Origin: Macrostomum lignano
Lineage: Eukaryota
Assembly (NCBI GenBank): GCA_002269645.1
Contig: NIVC01001544.1
Coordinates: forward strand, 1 to 59,758
Direction of reading: 5' to 3'
DNA length: 59,758 bases
In this document: positions 58,024 to 59,758 of the stretch, in pieces
Layout of the letters: each line of letters opens with the position of its first letter
Position numbering within the stretch: the first letter of the stretch is position 1
Translations under genes and position numbers: made by a program
The notes under the pieces: model-generated
The model's database searches: none
Told to the model about the DNA's origin: nothing
What the model saw: the letters and a program-made list of their open reading frames with translations, nothing else

Positions 58024-58762
58024 CCTTGATTTGTAGCTTAGATCAGCCTACAATTGACCTTGATTTGTAGCTTAGATCATCCTACAGTTGACCTTGATTT
58101 TTAGCTTAGATCAGCTTACAGTTGACCTTGATTTGTAGCTTATATCAACCTACAGTTGACCTTGATTTGTAGCTTAGATCAGCCTACAATTGACCTTGAA
58201 TTGTAGCTTAGATCAGCCTACAATCAACCTTAATTTGTAGCTTGGATCAACCTACAGTTGACCTTGATTTGTAGCTTAGATCAGCCTACAATTGACCTTG
58301 ATTTGTAGCTTAGATAACCCTACAGTTGACCTTGATTTGTAGCTTAGATCAGCCTACATAATGACCTTGACCTTGATCAAATGACCTTGATTTGTAGCTT
58401 AGATCAGCTTACAGTTGACCTTGATTTGTAGCTTATATCAACCTACAGTTGACCTTGATTTGTAGCTTATATCAACCTACAGTTGACTTTGATTTGTAGC
58501 TTATATCAGCCTACAGTTGACCTTGATTTGTAGCTTATATCAACCTACAGTTGACCTTGATTTGTAGCTTAGATCAGCCTACAATTGACCTTGAATTGTA
58601 GCTTAGATCAACCTACAATTGACCTTGATTTGTAGCTTAGATCAACCTACAATTGACCTTGATTTGTAGCTTAGATCAGCCTACAATTGACCTTGAATTG
58701 TAGCTTAGATCAGCCTACAATCAACCTTAATTTGTAGCTGAGATCAGCCCACGATTGGCCTT
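58024..58762 (+). repeat. 34-bp minisatellite (TGACCTTGATTTGTAGCTTAGATCAGCCTACAAT)n, about 21 units
   Basis: Directly visible. It begins about 40 nt after the stop at 57985. Confidence 0.95.
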
Positions 58763-59287
58763 CATAGTTTGCTGATCGCTTTGTTTCTGGAATTTTCTAA
58801 TTCATCCATATTGATTTCTAATCCATGTTTATTTTTGCATTCCGTCTTGGCTAACCATTCTAACTGTTTTTTTTGAATGAAGCAGAAATCAGAATCCAAA
58901 GATAGTTAACTAGCCCACTACTACGATCGTAGATGTGAAGTAGATATTTAAAAATGTGTGCTCGTAAGATAGTGTATATCTGATGAAGTTAAAGTAAAAT
59001 AACAAAGTCCATCAGCTTCCCGATTAATAACTTATTACAAGAATATTTAATGAAAGTACGAGTCTCGTATATTCTAGATTCTTGCACCAACCAAACTCTG
59101 CCGTTAACCTTAAAGTTTTTAACAAAATGTATTTTTATTTTCAATATAATTAATGACAGTGGTGCCTTATTGTTTATTTAGAAGATACATTTTGTCTGGC
59201 TTATTTTTAATGCATATCAAATCATACTATAACGTAATAATTTAGCTACTTAGTGAATAGAGTGAAGTGTGAAAAATTTAAGCACCA

Positions 59288-59758
59288 GAGGTTTTCAGAG
59301 ATTTAAGCGCTACGCAGATTTGTCAGAGATTTAAGCGCTACAGGTATCAGAGATTTAAGCGCGCAAGATGTCAGAGATTTAAGCGCTACAGGTATCAGAG
59401 ATTTAAGCGCCACAGGTGTCAGAGATTTAAGCGCTACAGGTATCAGAGATTTAAGCGCGCCAGATGTCAGATTTAAGCGCTACAGGTATCAGAGATTTAA
59501 GCGCCGCAGATATCAGATTTAAGCGCTACAGGTATTAGATATTAAGCGCCACAGTATCAGAGATTTAAGCGCTACAGTATAAGATATTTAAGCGCCACAG
59601 GTATAGCAGATTTAAGCGCCACAGGTATCAGAGATTTAAGCGCCCAGGTATCAGATTTAAGCGCTACACGTATAGAGATTTAAGCGCGCAGGTTCAGATT
59701 TAAGCGCCACAGGTATCAGAGATTTAAGCGCTACAGGTATCAGATTTAAGCGCACAGG
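59288..59758 (+). repeat. About 24-bp minisatellite (TCAGAGATTTAAGCGCTACAGGTA)n running off the window end
   Basis: Directly visible, with increasing indels toward the end. Confidence 0.93.

Overview
Eukaryotic (animal) genomic DNA. The GC-rich exons, short introns filled with minisatellites and gene content suggest a free-living flatworm such as Macrostomum lignano; this is an inference and was not checked by search. There is no prokaryotic system and no CRISPR array. Contents in order: (1) a first coding exon of GPAA1 on the minus strand that the ORF track misses; (2) four consecutive plus-strand genes: LRRC9, an uncharacterised 11-exon gene of about 829 aa, a SAMD15-like SAM protein and an MPP/p55-type MAGUK; (3) DBT (branched-chain ketoacid dehydrogenase E2) on the minus strand; (4) three decayed non-LTR retrotransposons (LOA/Lian-like, a 5'-truncated I-group element with a CAA tail, an RTE-like remnant); (5) an intronless DEG/ENaC channel with altered gate and filter motifs; (6) a 3.2 kb TIR element with CCC...GGG ends carrying a small spliced ORF; (7) MITE-like palindromes and inverted repeats; (8) a Pro/Gln/Tyr-rich ORF; (9) about 15 different tandem-repeat arrays, many filling introns. 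Most long ORFs in the supplied track are artefacts of these repeats. Best leads: LRRC9 lacks its own in-frame ATG and may take it from the AUG-ending flatworm spliced leader; the four-gene cluster may be polycistronic; and sharply bounded CpG-depleted blocks in the 5' introns of housekeeping genes look like a methylation footprint. Eight single-base frameshifts in host genes, mostly in homopolymers, look like long-read consensus errors.
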